Source of the DNA: a virus
Lineage: Duplodnaviria; Caudoviricetes
IMG/VR virus record: IMGVR_UViG_3300028638_000027
Coordinates: 1 to 37,240 of that record
Direction: 5' to 3' (one strand)
Length of the DNA: 37,240 nt
Part shown: in pieces, positions 1 to 7,646 of the stretch
Numbering within the stretch: the stretch's first letter is position 1
Layout of the letters: every line of letters begins with the position of its first letter
Made by a program: the position numbers and the translations under genes
The notes under the pieces: generated by a model
Told to the model about the DNA's origin: nothing
The model's database searches: none
What the model saw: the letters and a program-made list of their open reading frames with translations, nothing else

Positions 1-320
1 ACACCGTAAATCGGAATAGGCGTCCATTTACGTCCATCGACAGTTACTCTACTAACTTTATTCATGGCTTTTTCAATGGCTTGTTGAACACCTTTTTCAC
101 TAAAGGATATCGAATTCATGTTTTCATTGATCAGAACCATAGGATCAATCTCAAGGGCTTCAGCTAATTTCGCTATCTTATCCCGTCTTAAGTTTTTGAT
201 TTCACCCGATTCATAACGATTGATCGTTGCAGCGGATACGTTTATTTTTTGAGCCAATTCGAGCTGTGTCATGCCAAGTAGCTGTCTTCTGTTTTTGATT
301 ATTTCACCGATTTTGTCCAT
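1..320 (-). CDS. Phage CI/LexA-like repressor (XRE HTH plus start of S24 peptidase domain), runs off the window start
   Basis: Not in ORF track. Minus strand from ATG at 320 (RBS AGGAG) reads MDKIGEIIKNRRQLLGMTQLELAQKINVSAATINRYESGEIKNLRRDKIAKLAEALEIDP...KWTPIPIYG and stays open to position 1; divergent from the cro-like gene. Confidence 0.9.
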   Translation of the reverse strand, partial: MDKIGEIIKNRRQLLGMTQLELAQKINVSAATINRYESGEIKNLRRDKIAKLAEALEIDPMVLINENMNSISFSEKGVQQAIEKAMNKVSRVTVDGRKWTPIPIYG

Positions 321-340
321 AATATCATCTCCTGACTTGA

Positions 341-438
341 ATTATACACTTGTGTTACTTAAAAGTAAACATCGTGATTGCATTAACGCAATTAATATGC
401 GAAAACGTATTGACAGATACCTTAACAAGTGTTAGTTT
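341..438. promoter_or_regulatory. Divergent lysis/lysogeny promoters with repressor operators
   Basis: Rightward TTGACA(410-415)-17bp-TAGTTT(433-438) with upstream TG; leftward TTTACT(369-364)-17bp-TATAAT(346-341); dyads TTACTTAAAAGTAA (355-368), TTGCATTAACGCAA (378-391), ATGCGAAAACGTAT (397-410). Confidence 0.7.
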
Positions 439-478
439 TTTCTTAGCAACACGCATATTTCGGCAAGGAGGTGAACAG

Positions 479-685
479 ATGCTTGACAAAAAGGCACTCC
501 AAATTGAACTCATCAAGAAGGATATGACACTTGCTAAACTCGCTAAATCACTTGGTATCAGCCCGGATGTTCTATACCGAAAAGTCAGGGGTGACAGCGA
601 CTTCTACCGAAGAGAAATCCAGGAAATCAAAGCCATTCTTGAACTTGACGACGAAACGACCTACAATATTTTTTTTGCTGAATAA
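479..685 (+). CDS. Cro-like HTH regulator (68 aa)
   Basis: Start moved to ATG 479 after RBS AAGGAGGTG; MLDKKALQIELIKKDMTLAKLAKSLGISPDVLYRKVRGDSDFYRREI...IFF is a typical phage Cro-like HTH. Confidence 0.85.
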   Translation: MLDKKALQIELIKKDMTLAKLAKSLGISPDVLYRKVRGDSDFYRREIQEIKAILELDDETTYNIFFAE

Positions 686-730
686 ATTGAGTATACGTAA
701 TATTTTAATGAAAAGGAGGTAGTCAGTTCT

Positions 731-1129
731 ATGGATTACAAAAAGAATGGCCCTACCAGACCCAAAACGTGTGAAGTTTGCTTATACTATTCACCCATCA
801 CCAAAGGACGCGGTATATGCCAGAGAAGAGTTAGCAATGGTGGTGTCGGTACAACGCTAAGGGTTAAAACCTGTCCATTCTATAAAGCCATCAAGAAAGC
901 GGAGCAAACGATGTTTTTTGAACTGAACGATGATCATAACGTAACCCAAGACTCAAATTCTAAGGATCAGATGATTAGCGCCATCCGCGATGCTGAAAAG
1001 GAGATGATAGCGCATACAGAAATTCAAATTCGTGAGCTGAGGGATCAAATTGCTGAAATCATCACGACTAGGGAAAGCTATCAGCTTGGCGTCGAAGCGG
1101 CCATCAATGCGATCAGGTCAACCAAATAG
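731..1129 (+). CDS. Hypothetical phage protein, N-terminal 4-Cys motif and C-terminal coiled coil
   Basis: RBS AAGGAGGT; CEVC...GIC...CPFY. Confidence 0.7.
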   Translation: MDYKKNGPTRPKTCEVCLYYSPITKGRGICQRRVSNGGVGTTLRVKTCPFYKAIKKAEQTMFFELNDDHNVTQDSNSKDQMISAIRDAEKEMIAHTEIQIRELRDQIAEIITTRESYQLGVEAAINAIRSTK

Positions 1130-1144
1130 AAAGGTGGTCAATAC

Positions 1145-1375
1145 ATGAAAGAGTACGGCTTGATTTTACTCATCGCACTCATGGTCACCTTGGTTTATAT
1201 TGAGCATCTGATTGGCTTCGCTGACGGGAAAAAGACGGGTTATGCCATAGGCCTAACCGATGGCAGGATCCAAATGAAAAACGAGCAGGCAAAGACGGAA
1301 GCGTTTCTAAGAGTGATCTCAGATGAACACAAAATCATCGATTCATGCAAACTCCATGAAAAAGAAAGAGCCTGA
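1145..1375 (+). CDS. Small hypothetical protein with N-terminal hydrophobic helix
   Basis: RBS AAGGTGG; GLILLIALMVTLVYI hydrophobic stretch. Confidence 0.65.
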   Translation: MKEYGLILLIALMVTLVYIEHLIGFADGKKTGYAIGLTDGRIQMKNEQAKTEAFLRVISDEHKIIDSCKLHEKERA

Positions 1376-1447
1376 CGGGCGGCCACCCATTCAGACTCAT
1401 GTGAAAAACTATTGCAATGCAATTATACCACGAAGGAGGCTTAAAGT

Positions 1448-2002
1448 ATGAATGGAAAAATTCTTACTGAGAGAATAATCAATCCAATATATAAGAGCAT
1501 CCCTGGTTTTGAAGGATACTATGAGATCACTGAAAATGGTGATGTCTTAACAAGCGGTGTATTCTATCGTCTGTGTTTTTTTCTAAAACCCAGTGTTGAT
1601 AGATATGGATATTCAAAAGTTGTATTGACTAAGGAAAATAAACGTTATTACTTTACTGTGCATAGACTTGTTGCAATGACTTTCATCCCTAATCCAGATA
1701 AGAAACCGCAGGTAAATCATAAAAATGGAAACAGAAAAGATAATAATGTTAAAAACCTCGAGTGGGCAACTGCAAAAGAAAATGTATATCATTCATTTCG
1801 ATTTGGCAACCAAATAGCAATTATGAAACCAGTACGAGCAATAAATCTAAAAAGTGGGGAAGAATATATTTTCAATTCTCAAAGAGAAGCATCGAGATAT
1901 TTGAAAATAAGCCAAGCTCATATTTCAAAAGTTCTATTAGGTATATACAAACAGACAAATGGTTATGCTTTTTTGCATTTGAAGGATGGTGAAACAGAAT
2001 GA
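1448..2002 (+). CDS. Free-standing NUMOD4-HNH-NUMOD1 homing endonuclease
   Basis: YKSIPGFEGYYEI (NUMOD4), VHRLVAMTF...VNHKNGNRKDNNVKNLEW (HNH), FNSQREASRYL (NUMOD1-like HTH); visibly AT-richer than neighbours. Confidence 0.9.
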   Translation: MNGKILTERIINPIYKSIPGFEGYYEITENGDVLTSGVFYRLCFFLKPSVDRYGYSKVVLTKENKRYYFTVHRLVAMTFIPNPDKKPQVNHKNGNRKDNNVKNLEWATAKENVYHSFRFGNQIAIMKPVRAINLKSGEEYIFNSQREASRYLKISQAHISKVLLGIYKQTNGYAFLHLKDGETE

Positions 2003-2934
2003 TGAAATACAGAATTCTTGCATCCACAAAAAATCAAAGCCGAGAAGAGTGGATTTTATTGAGAAAAAATCATTTGGGCGGCAGCGACTCGGCTGCAATC
2101 GCAGGTCTCAATCCTTGGAAAAGTGCAATTGCTGTTTGGCTCGAAAAAACGGTACGTGAGACTGAAGACTGCGACAATGAGCGTATGCGTATCGGTCGAG
2201 ATCTTGAGGATTATGTCGCAAGGCGTTTTGAAGAAGCCACAGAGCTCAAGGTCAGGCGCAGGAACGCCATCCTGCTGCACGAGAGTATCGACTGGATGAG
2301 TGCCAATGTGGACCGTTTAATCGTCGGTAAGGATGAAGGTCTAGAATGCAAAGTCACCGGATCCTACTCCTCAACTGATTGGAAAGATGATAATGTCCCG
2401 CTCATGTATGAAATGCAGATGCATCACTACATGGCGGTCACCGGGGCAACTGCCTGGTGGATTGCTGCCCTGATCGGCAATGAGCGGATCGCTATCAAAC
2501 GCATTGAGCGGGACGAAGAAGTCATCAGCGCCCTCATAGGCATCGAAAGAACCTTCTGGGAGGACAATGTCCTTGCCGGTGAGATGCCAGCGCCAGATGG
2601 CAGTAGGGCCGCCCAGGAAGCCATCAAGAAGCTGTGGCCAATGGCAAATGAAGGATTAACCATTGAACTCGACTCCGAATTCGAAAAGATGATTGAAAGG
2701 CGAGACGATCTGAGTGGACTAATTGAAAATATGTCAAAAGAAGTTGACGAGATAGAACAGAAAATACAGGTCGCCATGAAGGATGCCGAAGTAGCAACCG
2801 TCGGAAAGCACAAAGTCACATGGAAGACTCGTTCGTCCATACGACTAGATTCTAAGCAACTTAAAAATTTAGAGCCTGAAGTCTTTGAGAGATTTTCGAA
2901 ACCGAGTATCTACAGGGTCTTCATCGTCAGATAG
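1999..2934 (+). CDS. YqaJ-like viral recombinase/exonuclease
   Basis: EWILLRKNHLGGSDSAAIAGLNPWKS, ANVDR, GLECK, QMHHYMAVTG motifs; adjacent to RecT. Confidence 0.92.
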   Translation: MMKYRILASTKNQSREEWILLRKNHLGGSDSAAIAGLNPWKSAIAVWLEKTVRETEDCDNERMRIGRDLEDYVARRFEEATELKVRRRNAILLHESIDWMSANVDRLIVGKDEGLECKVTGSYSSTDWKDDNVPLMYEMQMHHYMAVTGATAWWIAALIGNERIAIKRIERDEEVISALIGIERTFWEDNVLAGEMPAPDGSRAAQEAIKKLWPMANEGLTIELDSEFEKMIERRDDLSGLIENMSKEVDEIEQKIQVAMKDAEVATVGKHKVTWKTRSSIRLDSKQLKNLEPEVFERFSKPSIYRVFIVR

Positions 2935-2946
2935 GAGGAAATAAAA

Positions 2947-3735
2947 ATGGATGCAAAAACCGCACTTCAGTCAAAAACTCAGTCCAAACAACCACAAACT
3001 GTCAAGCAATGGATCATCGCCATGCAGCCTGAAATAGAGAAAGCACTGCCTTCTATCATCACCTCAGAGCGTTTTACACGAATGGCATTAACGGCTATCA
3101 GCACCAACCCAAAGCTGGCAGAATGTAGTCCCAAATCCTTTATGGCGGCCCTTATGCAGGCGGCACAACTTGGACTTGAGCCAAATACACCGCTTGGTCA
3201 AGCGTACCTCATCCCTTATCGTAATAATGGTATTCTCGAAGCTAGCTTTCAGTTAGGGTACAAAGGATTAATCGATCTTGCACACCGAAGTGGTGAATTT
3301 AGAGAGATCTATGCTGAAATTGTCTATTCAAATGACCTATTTGAATATTCACTGGGTCTCAACCGAAAACTCGAACATGAACCGGTTGAAGTTGATAGAG
3401 GCATTCCAACGAAGGTCTACGCTGTTTATAAACTGATCAATGGCGGATATGGTTTTGTCGTTATGACCTACGATGAAGTAAAGGCCCATGCTAACAAATA
3501 CAGCAAGTCTTATGGCAGTGGTCCTTGGACAAGTGATTTTGAGGAAATGGCCAAGAAAACGGTCTTAAAAAAGGCACTCAAATATGCACCAATCAAGACG
3601 GAATTCGTCCGAGAGTTAGTCCAGGACGGCACAATCAAATCAGAACTCTCAAAAGAAATGACTGAGGTAGATGCCGAGAATGTATTTGAAGCCGAATACC
3701 AGGTCCACGAAGAACTAGTGGAGGGGCAGCAATAG
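2947..3735 (+). CDS. recT: RecT family single-strand annealing protein
   Basis: ALMQAAQLGLEPNTPLGQAYLIPY, FQLGYKGLIDLAHRSG, PWTSDFEEMAKKTV. Confidence 0.95.
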   Translation: MDAKTALQSKTQSKQPQTVKQWIIAMQPEIEKALPSIITSERFTRMALTAISTNPKLAECSPKSFMAALMQAAQLGLEPNTPLGQAYLIPYRNNGILEASFQLGYKGLIDLAHRSGEFREIYAEIVYSNDLFEYSLGLNRKLEHEPVEVDRGIPTKVYAVYKLINGGYGFVVMTYDEVKAHANKYSKSYGSGPWTSDFEEMAKKTVLKKALKYAPIKTEFVRELVQDGTIKSELSKEMTEVDAENVFEAEYQVHEELVEGQQ

Positions 3736-3765
3736 CTGTCCTCCTGAGCTGAGGGGGTACAGAAA

Positions 3766-4590
3766 TTGCCCAATCGAATCCTAAAAGAAACTATTTGCAA
3801 TAGTGAAGATATTAATCAACTGAAGCCACTTGAGGAAATTACTTTCTACCGGCTCATTGTCAGTTGCGATGATTTCGGTACTTTGGACGCCAGATCTAAA
3901 ATACTGAAAGCAAAGCTTTATCCAATCAAAGACGATATTACGCCACATGATATTGAACAGATCATTTGGAGCCTGCATGACGCTGGGCTCATCACCCTCT
4001 ATGAAAACGATGATCGTCTATACCTTTATCTAAACAAATGGGATGTGCACCAAAGGGTTAGAAACACACGTTCAAAATATCCCAGACCGTGTGATAAAGG
4101 AAGTAAAATCCTAGAAAATGATTACTTCTGTGACAAGTTGCAGCAAGTTGCGGCGAGTTGCTGCGACTCGCGGCCTGAATCCTTATCCTTATCCTTATCC
4201 GAATCCTTATCCGTATCCTTATCCGAATCCATATCCAGACGCGAGAAACAACATCGGATGGATTCAACACCGTTTGACCTGATTCTTGAGCTATATCACA
4301 GAGTATGCACTTCGCTTCCAAAGGTGTCCTTATTGACCGAGGAACGAAAGAAAGCGATGAGGGGAAGATGGAAACAAACAGGAAGGACGCTTAACAGCTT
4401 TGAAGCAGTATTCATAAAAGCAGAGAACTCCGATTTTCTTTCTGGACGCAGCGGTAAATGGACAGGGTGCAATTTTGATTGGCTAATGAAATCCGCTAAT
4501 TTCATCAAAGTTGGCGAGGGAACTTATGATTCAAAACAATCTAGTAATTCATTCATGCAGGCGCTAAAAGAGCTGGAGGATGAAAAATGA
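3766..4590 (+). CDS. Phage replication initiator (replisome organiser)
   Basis: MPNRILKETI...FYRLIVSCDDFG N-terminus, central low-complexity linker over DNA repeats, C-terminal SDFLSGRSGKWTGCNFDWL...EGTY; position before helicase-loader gene. Confidence 0.8.
   Translation: MPNRILKETICNSEDINQLKPLEEITFYRLIVSCDDFGTLDARSKILKAKLYPIKDDITPHDIEQIIWSLHDAGLITLYENDDRLYLYLNKWDVHQRVRNTRSKYPRPCDKGSKILENDYFCDKLQQVAASCCDSRPESLSLSLSESLSVSLSESISRREKQHRMDSTPFDLILELYHRVCTSLPKVSLLTEERKKAMRGRWKQTGRTLNSFEAVFIKAENSDFLSGRSGKWTGCNFDWLMKSANFIKVGEGTYDSKQSSNSFMQALKELEDEK
4134..4236 (+). repeat. Iteron-like repeats, putative phage replication origin inside the initiator gene
   Basis: Four 10-bp repeats CAAGTTGCAG/CAAGTTGCGG/CGAGTTGCTG/CGACTCGCGG (4134-4173), then ten tandem nnATCC hexamers (4177-4236). 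Confidence 0.7.
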
Positions 4591-5120
4591 TCATTAAAGA
4601 AATGGGCGTTGTCATGATGATAATTCAAAATGCTTATCCCAGATGGGCACAGTCGTTATCAGTTGAACAGCACAAGCAGATGATTTTAGTTTGGCATGAA
4701 ATGTTTGAAGAACTGGACTTTGGAATGGTAAAAGCGGCAGTCAAGGCTCATTGTGCATATGAAAAGTTTCCTCCATCGATTGCTGAGATCCTTGAACGTG
4801 TCAATTACATCAAATCTGGCGGTGAATCTGAAATGACCGGTATGGAGGCATGGAGTCTGGTGAGAAAAGCACTTAAAAACGGCCTGTATCATGCCAAAGA
4901 AGAATATGACAAACTGCCTAGGAAGGTCCAGTCAGCAATCGGAAACCATAACTCACTCAAGGCTTGGGCGGAAATAGAGCTTGACGAACTTGAGACTGTG
5001 GTTCAAAGCCAATTCATACGGTCATACAGCATGAAAGCAGAACAGATAAGGAAAAGCGAGTCACTTCCGAGTGACGTTAAATCACTTGTAGACCAAGTGG
5101 CTGGGAGGCTGATTGAGTGA
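4587..5120 (+). CDS. Replicative helicase loader/inhibitor (SPP1 G39P-like)
   Basis: IQNAYP...VWHEMF...VKAAVKAH...KFPPSIAEI motif; follows initiator. Confidence 0.8.
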   Translation: MIIKEMGVVMMIIQNAYPRWAQSLSVEQHKQMILVWHEMFEELDFGMVKAAVKAHCAYEKFPPSIAEILERVNYIKSGGESEMTGMEAWSLVRKALKNGLYHAKEEYDKLPRKVQSAIGNHNSLKAWAEIELDELETVVQSQFIRSYSMKAEQIRKSESLPSDVKSLVDQVAGRLIE

Positions 5121-5488
5121 AATACACCTTAACCATCCCAGGCCGCCTTCCTTGCCTAAACGACATCATCGATGCCGGAAGATCTAATCGTTATCAAGGA
5201 GCAAACCAAAAGAAAGAAATTGAAAGTGAGATCATCTGGCTCATCAGGTCACAGCTTCCAGGCATTAGAATCACCAAGCAAGTCAACCTTCGCCACTGGT
5301 GGTATGAGCCGAATCAAAGACGCGATAAAGACAACATCATCAGCGCAAAGAAATTCATATGGGACGCACTGGTAAGGGCAGGCATCCTTAAAAACGACGG
5401 CTGGAAAGAAATCGCTGACATCAGGGACTTTGTCCTGCTTGACGAAAAGAATCCAAGGATCGTCGTTGAGATTGAGGAGATAGGTTAA
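5117..5488 (+). CDS. rusA: RusA-like Holliday junction resolvase
   Basis: RRDKDNI...KFIWDALVRAGILKNDG and NPRIVVEI motifs. Confidence 0.85.
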   Translation: MKYTLTIPGRLPCLNDIIDAGRSNRYQGANQKKEIESEIIWLIRSQLPGIRITKQVNLRHWWYEPNQRRDKDNIISAKKFIWDALVRAGILKNDGWKEIADIRDFVLLDEKNPRIVVEIEEIG

Positions 5489-5503
5489 GAGAGAAGGCGA
5501 GAC

Positions 5504-5731
5504 ATGACGAAAGATCAATTTATACTGATCTGCACCAAATGCGGATACGCCTCGAAGAGAGTGGCACGCTTTTATGCAAAAGACAAAATAGAACTCACAG
5601 AGGATGATTTCATCGAGGTGTTTAGAATATTTGAGAGACTAATGACAATAAATAACCGCAAAGAAGATGAGCGCTTCGCAGCATTAGAACATGGAAGAAC
5701 GACAAGAATAATAAGTGATGATCCAAATTAA
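5504..5731 (+). CDS. Hypothetical protein
   Basis: Fills the operon gap, plausible RBS; no family recognised. Confidence 0.6.
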   Translation: MTKDQFILICTKCGYASKRVARFYAKDKIELTEDDFIEVFRIFERLMTINNRKEDERFAALEHGRTTRIISDDPN

Positions 5732-5757
5732 GTGTTTTAACCTGAGGAGGTCGCGTC

Positions 5758-6198
5758 GTGAACACAATAACTTTGGTAGGTCGGCTCGCCAATGAGCCTG
5801 AACTAAGATATATGCCTTCAGGACAAACCATGTGTAGTTTTATACTGGCCGTGGATAGGCAGTTAAGCAGGGAGAAAAAAGAAGATTACAAGCAGCGCGG
5901 GATTCCCACAGCTGACTTTCCCCGGATCATCACATGGGGTAAGACCGCAGAAACCGCTTCAGGGTACCTGAAAAAAGGTCAGCGCGTCGCCCTTGAGGGT
6001 AGTATTCAAACCGGTAGTTACGATAAAAATGGTGTGAAGATCTATACCTGTGATGTGATCGCCACGCGCATAGAATATTTGGAGAGGGCTGAACAGGCAC
6101 CGAAAGAAGAATATAAAACATCAACTCGAGAAGAAGTACCTATGAAAGATAGTGGCGACTTTATGTCCATGCTTGACGATGATGAAGTGCCATTTTAG
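5758..6198 (+). CDS. ssb: Single-stranded DNA-binding protein
   Basis: MNTITLVGRLANEPELRY, LKKGQRVALEGSIQTGSY, acidic tail DDDEVPF. Confidence 0.95.
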   Translation: MNTITLVGRLANEPELRYMPSGQTMCSFILAVDRQLSREKKEDYKQRGIPTADFPRIITWGKTAETASGYLKKGQRVALEGSIQTGSYDKNGVKIYTCDVIATRIEYLERAEQAPKEEYKTSTREEVPMKDSGDFMSMLDDDEVPF

Positions 6199-6221
6199 AG
6201 ATCGTGAGTGGAGGGGAAAGA

Positions 6222-6644
6222 ATGAAGCGAATGAGCCCGCGTCAATTAAATTATAAAGTCATAGAAGCTGAACTGTACAACTACCACTCGAACAAGGAAG
6301 AATTCAATCGCCTTCGTCAACAAATCTTTGATGAGAGTGGAAATGGTGACGGCATCAAAGTCAAAGGTGCAATTAGCAATCCAACTGCAAAAAAAGTCTT
6401 TGCACTCAGCAGCGCGGTTCTGCTGGAAGTGGAACGCAGACTAAAAGCTATCGATTATGTTTTGAGGTTAATCAGTAAACATGAAGAATCAGGTAAAGCA
6501 GAACTTGTTCGTATGAAATACTTTGAGAGAGAACTCACCGACCAAGGCATCCAGATGAGGCTCAATATCTCTCAAAGCACTTTCACCCGCTGGAAGAGAG
6601 AAATTATCGAACTCATCGCCGAGAGACTGGGATATCTTGTCTAA
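6222..6644 (+). CDS. RinA/ArpU-family late transcriptional activator
   Basis: IEAELYNY...ISNPTAKK...C-terminal HTH...IAERLG; last early gene before packaging module. Start moved to ATG 6222 after GGAGGGG. Confidence 0.85.
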   Translation: MKRMSPRQLNYKVIEAELYNYHSNKEEFNRLRQQIFDESGNGDGIKVKGAISNPTAKKVFALSSAVLLEVERRLKAIDYVLRLISKHEESGKAELVRMKYFERELTDQGIQMRLNISQSTFTRWKREIIELIAERLGYLV

Positions 6645-6645
6645 A

Positions 6646-6695
6646 AAATGATGACGAAATGATGAGCACAAAGGCATGTCTTTCTGTGTTATTAT
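6646..6695 (+). promoter_or_regulatory. Putative activator-dependent late promoter
   Basis: Direct repeat AAATGATGA x2 (6646-6654, 6657-6665), then extended -10 TGtTATTAT (6687-6695) with no consensus -35. Confidence 0.55.
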
Positions 6696-6717
6696 GTTAG
6701 TATCAGAAAATGTGTAC

Positions 6718-6761
6718 AAGGCCGCCGGTCAAGTGACCACTCCTTAAACGGCGGCTTTTTT
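6718..6761 (+). terminator. Terminator-like hairpin in the late leader
   Basis: GCCGCCG(6721-6727)...CGGCGGC(6749-6755) followed by TTTTTT. Confidence 0.6.
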
Positions 6762-6794
6762 ATGCCCAAAATGCAGTGAGGGTCGGTGATGAGA

Positions 6795-7051
6795 TGACTT
6801 TTAAAGACGAACTTAGATTTAAGAAAGTTCATGACGGTTACATTGTCTTCATCGATGGTCGTGAGGGACATGCCCACTTCCGAAGCGTCCGAGGCTGTCA
6901 GAAGCTGATTAGACTTCTAAAGTGCGGAAGGCTACCCGCAGTGGGTTATTTTAGAAACGCGGCAAAACGGCTGCTCACCGAAGATGAGTTTGCATCAATG
7001 ATAGACCACCACAAGCCAATGTATATCAACATCGGTAAAGTCGTTAAATAA
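6795..7051 (+). CDS. Hypothetical phage protein
   Basis: ORF 6776-7051 of the track; the likelier start is a downstream ATG near 6794-6795 (MTFKDEL), exact start uncertain. GHAHF motif. Confidence 0.55.
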
Positions 7052-7157
7052 GGCATCTAGCGCTACGTGCGCTTGATTGACATTTTGGGTCCGCGAAACC
7101 GCATCTGTTACCAAGACGGCGCGGACCACCCCTTTCGGGGTACGGAGGTGAAGTTTC

Positions 7158-7547
7158 GTGCCACTTAAACCTAAACGACCCTGTAGCCATCCTGGCTGTA
7201 ACCAGTTCACTGAGTCAGGTTTCTGTCCAGAACATCAAGTGATCCACGACCAGCAGAAAGCTGAGCGTAATTCAAACTACAACGAGCAACGTGGCAACGC
7301 TACCAAACGCGGCTACGACGTCAGGTGGCAGAAGGTGAGAAACACTTACCTTAGTCATCACCCCATCTGTGAAGCATGCCTTGAGCAGGGTAGGTATAGA
7401 GCAGCGGTACTTGTTCATCACGTTAGACCCATCAGTGAAGGTGGAGACAGACTAAGATTTGATAACTTAAGAGCACTCTGCGCCCCATGTCACGAGAAAA
7501 TCCATGGACCGGACAGGTTTAGGAGAAGGAAGCCACCAGAGGGGTAG
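7158..7547 (+). CDS. Packaging-associated HNH endonuclease (HK97 gp74-like)
   Basis: MPLKPKRPCSHPGC, RGYDVRW, HPICEAC...VHHVRP...NLRALCAPCHEKIH. Confidence 0.9.
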   Translation: MPLKPKRPCSHPGCNQFTESGFCPEHQVIHDQQKAERNSNYNEQRGNATKRGYDVRWQKVRNTYLSHHPICEACLEQGRYRAAVLVHHVRPISEGGDRLRFDNLRALCAPCHEKIHGPDRFRRRKPPEG

Positions 7548-7612
7548 GGGGCCTCAAATCCTCTGAAATCAACGTATGTAGACCAGCCCCGACCTTTCGC
7601 GCGAAATTTTTT
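7540..7612 (+). other. Putative cos site region
   Basis: GGGGTAGGGGG...TCAAATCCTCT...AGACCAGCCCCGACC followed by palindrome TTTCGCGCGAAA right after the HNH gene; layout typical of HNH/P27-terminase cos phages. Confidence 0.6.
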
Positions 7613-7646
7613 CGATTTATGAAACCAAAATTTAGGAGATGATATT

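Noticed and set aside
350-478. N-terminal 43-aa extension of the cro-like ORF
   Set aside because: It spans the promoter/operator region; the strong RBS points to ATG 479.
4058-4321. Minus-strand ORF with RIRIRIRI repeat
   Set aside because: Antisense shadow of the hexamer repeat in the initiator gene.
7077-7105. TTGACA as a promoter for the HNH gene
   Set aside because: No -10 hexamer at a suitable spacing.
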